From the IMG/VR virus record IMGVR_UViG_3300021256_000078, positions 31,238-95,237 of that record: a stretch of 64,000 bases of DNA; one strand, given 5' to 3'. The first letter of the stretch is position 1. Each line of letters starts with the position of its first letter. A program made the translations under genes and the position numbers. The notes below the pieces were generated by a model. It was given only the letters and a program-made list of their open reading frames with translations. It searched no databases and was not told where the DNA came from. This document shows, piece by piece, positions 60,129 to 64,000 of this stretch. This DNA is from a virus (lineage: Duplodnaviria > Caudoviricetes).

Positions 60129-60631
60129 GACAATTCTCCTTCCTTCAGGAAACTATTTTCCCGAATGCATTTTGAGTGCAGACGCCTTATTTCATTGATG
60201 GCATCTGTTATTTCACCATTCTTCAGGTTGTTCTTTTCGATATACTCTTCATACTGATCGCATTGCTTTAAAACAAACCGGAACTGTTCTCTAGTATGCT
60301 TCCGATCATTCATGCAGGAATTACAGAATTCCAAAATATCTCGTCTGGTATCCTGCAATGACTTGATCTCCGATTCGGCAATGTGATCAGATAGCTGCGT
60401 CTGGACCTTGTCGACTTTTTCATCGAGTGCTTTGATTTCGCCTCGAACCGTATCAAGTTTCGTATCAATCGCACTGTTAAACTGTGAGCCCAGAAATTTA
60501 ATGAGGCTCCGCCATGGGTTCCACTTAAACTCTGGGCGCCAATCAATGAAGACCGACACCACAAACGCCACAATACCCCAGAATCCTAAATCTGAGATTC
60601 CGAGGCTGTGCAGAAAATCAAAAAAGCTCAT
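60125..60631 (-). CDS. holin-associated membrane protein
   Basis: TM helix, KWNPW, coiled coil, RRDILEF...YE.Y..KNG; coupled to the holin. Confidence 0.7.
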   Translation of the reverse strand: MSFFDFLHSLGISDLGFWGIVAFVVSVFIDWRPEFKWNPWRSLIKFLGSQFNSAIDTKLDTVRGEIKALDEKVDKVQTQLSDHIAESEIKSLQDTRRDILEFCNSCMNDRKHTREQFRFVLKQCDQYEEYIEKNNLKNGEITDAINEIRRLHSKCIRENSFLKEGELS

Positions 60632-60842
60632 AAAGCTTACCCTCCGTGAAACCCTGCGGATTTCGTCGTGTTTAAAATTTCATAAACAAAGAGCATGCCG
60701 TCTTCCGCACCGAAACTGTCTTCGGCCGTTTTCTTGACATGCTCTGTTTAATAAAACCCTTCTTTTGTGCATGCCGAAAGGCAGAGGCTGAAGGGATCTA
60801 CTAAGACCGCTATGGGGCCCCTGTGGTCCGTTCGTTCAAAGT

Positions 60843-61388
60843 TTAGATGCCACGGATCGCTTCCACGACTTCACCTGGAATCTCAATTTCCTGTCTTGGG
60901 AAGTCTGTGCAGTAGAACACGCCTAGCTTCTCAACGAGAATGTCACGTGCAATGTTTTCGGCAAGCGTGGACCGGAAACCATGAACATCCCCGATGTTAT
61001 CGGTGTAGTACTGCAGGACCTCATTTTCAAATACGACGTAGGTGAACTCGAACATAGACTGCTTCCCGAGAACTTCACTGCGCAGATAATGCGGATTCTC
61101 AAAAAATGCCCGCTCGTAAATTGTCGCCATAAGATCATTAGGCTCATGATACGAATCCGGTTTGGAATTGGCCGGAATAACGGTAACCTTGATCTTGGTC
61201 TTACCGAAGACCTTTTCCGGAATGAGGATCTGACTAATTGCATCCGCCTTTACATAGTCCTCAACGTAAAGCTTGATTTCATGCTTGTCTTCATCGAAAA
61301 GCACAACAATCTGCGGATCTTCACCGAACAGCGTGTTGATTTCATTGTACAGTTCGACCCATGGTGAAACTAAACCGAGTTTTGCCAT
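60843..61388 (-). CDS. hypothetical phage protein
   Basis: GGAGG RBS before MAKLG. Confidence 0.7.
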   Translation of the reverse strand: MAKLGLVSPWVELYNEINTLFGEDPQIVVLFDEDKHEIKLYVEDYVKADAISQILIPEKVFGKTKIKVTVIPANSKPDSYHEPNDLMATIYERAFFENPHYLRSEVLGKQSMFEFTYVVFENEVLQYYTDNIGDVHGFRSTLAENIARDILVEKLGVFYCTDFPRQEIEIPGEVVEAIRGI

Positions 61389-61413
61389 AATGTTTTCCTC
61401 CTGTATACGAGAT

Positions 61414-61635
61414 TCAGGATCTGTTTCTTCCAGTAATCTGGTCCGCGATGGCGGAGAACTGCTGAAACTGTTCCATGGACATCTCATTATTCTGAATCTT
61501 CTGTCGAACAATTTGTTCTGGGGTCATGCCCTGCGGAATCGATCTTGCGAGATTCATAAGCGCCTGCTGGAAGTTCATCTGACCTCCATTTTGATTTTTC
61601 TGAAACGATTGAAAAAGTGGATTCATGTTCGGCAC
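61414..61635 (-). CDS. Gln/Met-rich small protein
   Basis: GAGGT RBS, coupled ORF. Confidence 0.7.
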   Translation of the reverse strand: MPNMNPLFQSFQKNQNGGQMNFQQALMNLARSIPQGMTPEQIVRQKIQNNEMSMEQFQQFSAIADQITGRNRS

Positions 61636-61636
61636 C

Positions 61637-62137
61637 TCACTTCAAGAGATCGGACAGCTTGTCGGTCATAAGGTTTACTGCCTTTGCAAGCTGATCGAAT
61701 TCTTCACGAGAAACGACACTGGGAACCGTTTGGAGATTCTCCTGAACCGATTGCTGCGGTGTCGTCTGCGGATCCTGTTGCTGTACTGGCGCCTGTGGCT
61801 GAACTTGCTGCTGAGGAACCTGGTCTTCAAACGTATAGCTCAGTCTCCGAATCGGCTGAGTAACACCGTTGAGATCAGTTTCCCGGATGTAGAACATGTT
61901 CTTATTTTTATCGCCAAAGAGCTGCTGCCAACCTCTGCCACTTGGATAGTTGTTGATCTCCTGCTCATTGTTTACCCAGATAATATTGCTCTGAGGTGTA
62001 AACGACTGAGGTGTCGGTGTTGTATAGCCTATTCCATTTCCAACTCCGGTTCCAGTTCCGGTTCCGGTTCCAGTTCCATATCCGCCATATCCGTAAAGGT
62101 TCTGATAAGGACCAAATCCACCAAATAACCCTGCCAT
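61637..62137 (-). CDS. Gly/Gln-rich protein with an IIWV...FYIRETD core
   Basis: GT repeats, Q/P-rich linker, VSREEFDQL helix. Confidence 0.7.
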   Translation of the reverse strand: MAGLFGGFGPYQNLYGYGGYGTGTGTGTGTGVGNGIGYTTPTPQSFTPQSNIIWVNNEQEINNYPSGRGWQQLFGDKNKNMFYIRETDLNGVTQPIRRLSYTFEDQVPQQQVQPQAPVQQQDPQTTPQQSVQENLQTVPSVVSREEFDQLAKAVNLMTDKLSDLLK

Positions 62138-62140
62138 TGT

Positions 62141-62521
62141 TTATTCTCCCTTCATCCAGTAATATAATGGTAACTCATTTCCGGAATCCCACGTGTCGTA
62201 ATAGTCGCCGTCTACAACTGTCACCACGTGCTGATCCAGAGCAAGCAGAAATCTTCCTGTCGGATGATCCATGCAGAAGTCTTTCACCGTATAGAAGCCG
62301 AGTTTGCTGTCCGGTATGAACTTTCTGACGTAACCTTTTCGAACAAGATATGCGCCCCAGGTTGCATTTCCTGACGGCATGTCTTTCCGGAGAAATCCTT
62401 CAAAGGAAGTGCCTGCATAAACAGTATCCCATTCCTGATCAGTAAGACGACAGATGGCGCGAATCGTACAGTCGCCAACAAATCTTCCTGCAGGATTGGG
62501 ATTGTAGAATCTGTAGCTCAT
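62141..62521 (-). CDS. putative papain-like peptidase
   Basis: GDCTIRAI...HVVTVVDG..YDTWDS gives a possible Cys-His-Asp triad. Confidence 0.55.
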   Translation of the reverse strand: MSYRFYNPNPAGRFVGDCTIRAICRLTDQEWDTVYAGTSFEGFLRKDMPSGNATWGAYLVRKGYVRKFIPDSKLGFYTVKDFCMDHPTGRFLLALDQHVVTVVDGDYYDTWDSGNELPLYYWMKGE

Positions 62522-62549
62522 TTTGTTTCATCCTGGAAATATCTCCATG

Positions 62550-62942
62550 TCAATATCCAAACCGTGCTGTTTCCATCAGCGTCCATTCCAGCATGTTGAG
62601 CTGTTCCTGAATGGCATTTGCCATGGAGCTTGACTGCGGAGTGTCAAATATCATTCGGACTTTCAGGCAGATATACTGTTTGATCTCTTCCTGATAACCT
62701 TCTGTCATGAACTCATCCCAGGTATTTTCTTCACCGGTAATATGATACGGCGTTTCCGGACCAACACCAATCTGGCATAGCCTGGAGAACGCCGCATTAA
62801 TATCCATAATGAGATCGTTGTCAAACACATCGTACTGTGCGGACGGCCCGATCCTTTGTCGAACAGTTTTTAGAATTGAAGCGATCGGAGCCTTATCGGT
62901 TCCTTGCGTTTCCGTTGTCGTAGTCGTAGTTTCGTCAGGCAT
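62550..62942 (-). CDS. head-tail adaptor-like protein
   Basis: SILKTV..IG..FDNDL..IN...LKVRMIFD.P. Confidence 0.6.
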   Translation of the reverse strand: MPDETTTTTTETQGTDKAPIASILKTVRQRIGPSAQYDVFDNDLIMDINAAFSRLCQIGVGPETPYHITGEENTWDEFMTEGYQEEIKQYICLKVRMIFDTPQSSSMANAIQEQLNMLEWTLMETARFGY

Positions 62943-63006
62943 TTTGAGGCTCCTTTCTTCCACCAAAGAGTGGACTATTAATTACAGATCTTTAACCTGA
63001 ATTGAA

Positions 63007-63447
63007 TCAGGTAGCATAGTTTTTCCAAGGGCAAGTATCGTTCGGTCGTCTAATTACTGGTTCATAAGCCAGGATTAAACTTTCATCACCGTAATGAATT
63101 GCATCGTGTGTTCTTTTTCGAGTACAAATTACATACTCTGGATTCATTAGATACTCAGATGCGTAAACGATGTCATTCGTGTTGATCGGATTCAGATGAT
63201 GGATGATGATTTTTTCACCATCTGCAAACTCATAACCTGGAACTCCAAGATCACAGCCATTGTCACGAATGATGATCTCTCGTCTGAAATCTTTCCACTC
63301 TCTTGACCTATAAAAACTCTGATTTAAATATCGCTCCCAACCAAAAGTTTCTTCAGCGACTTTACCACCGAGTTTCAAATATCGGTAACGCTCAAGAAAG
63401 GTTGGGAGCTTTATTAGTTCAGTATACGTAAGGATCTGGTGGCTCAT
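63007..63447 (-). CDS. HNH endonuclease (packaging-associated)
   Basis: RDNGCDLG, IHHLNP, THDAIH. Confidence 0.85.
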   Translation of the reverse strand: MSHQILTYTELIKLPTFLERYRYLKLGGKVAEETFGWERYLNQSFYRSREWKDFRREIIIRDNGCDLGVPGYEFADGEKIIIHHLNPINTNDIVYASEYLMNPEYVICTRKRTHDAIHYGDESLILAYEPVIRRPNDTCPWKNYAT

Positions 63448-63793
63448 CTGTTGACTCCGTTCTGTATCCTCCGATTGCAGCAAGGACCTCTCGATACAAA
63501 CTTCCTCTTTCCTTCTCAGATTCAATAGCGGCAGTCTTTGCTCGAAGAAGTGCATTCTCTTCACGCAGCTTTTCGATTTCCTGTCGTTGTTTTATCGATC
63601 CAGCCCTCAGCAACCAAGTATACTCGGCCGCCGAAGCTGTACCATTGTCGATTCGCTCTTCGACTGCGGCAAAGCCTTTTGCAATTAACCTGTTTTCCCA
63701 TTCTTCAGGAGTCTGGGGAAGCTGTGCAGGAATTACGGTTTCCGTTTTACTAGACTTTCTGGCGGACAAGTTACTCATCACCTCTCTTTCCAT
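63419..63793 (-). CDS. putative terminase small subunit
   Basis: First gene of the late operon, helical, next to the HNH gene. Confidence 0.5.
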   Translation of the reverse strand: MEREVMSNLSARKSSKTETVIPAQLPQTPEEWENRLIAKGFAAVEERIDNGTASAAEYTWLLRAGSIKQRQEIEKLREENALLRAKTAAIESEKERGSLYREVLAAIGGYRTESTDEPPDPYVY

Positions 63794-64000
63794 GGGCTTT
63801 TCCTCGGTTCTGATACCTTTTAGGTGGATATGACATGCGTTTTATTAATGGACGGAAAGGAGAACCCATGGCAGGAAGGTGATGACTGGAAGGCAATCAA
63901 GCTGGTAATGAGCGAACCCAGCTGTTCATGGAATAATGTCATACCCACTTAAAAAGTATCAGGACCGTTTGGAATATAAACCCCCGGGGAAAATATAAAG

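Larger units (their letters stand above)
1..64000 (-). mobile_element. Temperate siphovirus genome segment, apparently the non-integrated form
   Basis: Complete head-tail-lysis gene set, an integrase, and attP with phage-like genes on both sides; no host housekeeping genes. Confidence 0.95.

Noticed and set aside
62100-62137. MAGLFGGFG resembling the influenza fusion peptide
   Set aside because: Short Gly/Phe low-complexity match, most likely chance

Overview
Most of the genome of a temperate siphovirus, probably infecting a Clostridia/Firmicutes host (inferred from GGAGG RBSs, sigmaA-like promoters, a CHAP/PG-binding endolysin and sortase-, SleB- and InlB-like genes). Almost every gene is on the - strand. 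Right to left: putative small terminase, HNH, head adaptor, an unusual Cys/Gly/Tyr-rich accessory module split by a holin cassette, large terminase, several long low-complexity proteins with shared N-terminal His-Gly motifs, portal, fused prohead protease-major capsid protein, tail genes, tape measure, Dit, Tal, InlB-repeat protein, endolysin and a 1853-aa modular tail fibre ending in an SGNH domain. Next come a tyrosine integrase with an intact attP (3' end of tmRNA or tRNA-Ala plus arm repeats) and about 18 kb of small early genes. The most striking non-coding feature is 18 copies of a fixed-geometry motif (TCGHAA-N5-ACA-N5-TATRRT) that organise 9-17 kb into an array of promoter-gene-terminator cassettes, some of which seem to make only RNA. 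Two other motif families (TTTCA-N4-TGAAA palindromes, TCAAAATGG) and candidate recombination sites around the tail-fibre tip are also visible. Product calls come from recognised motifs and synteny; no database searches were run.
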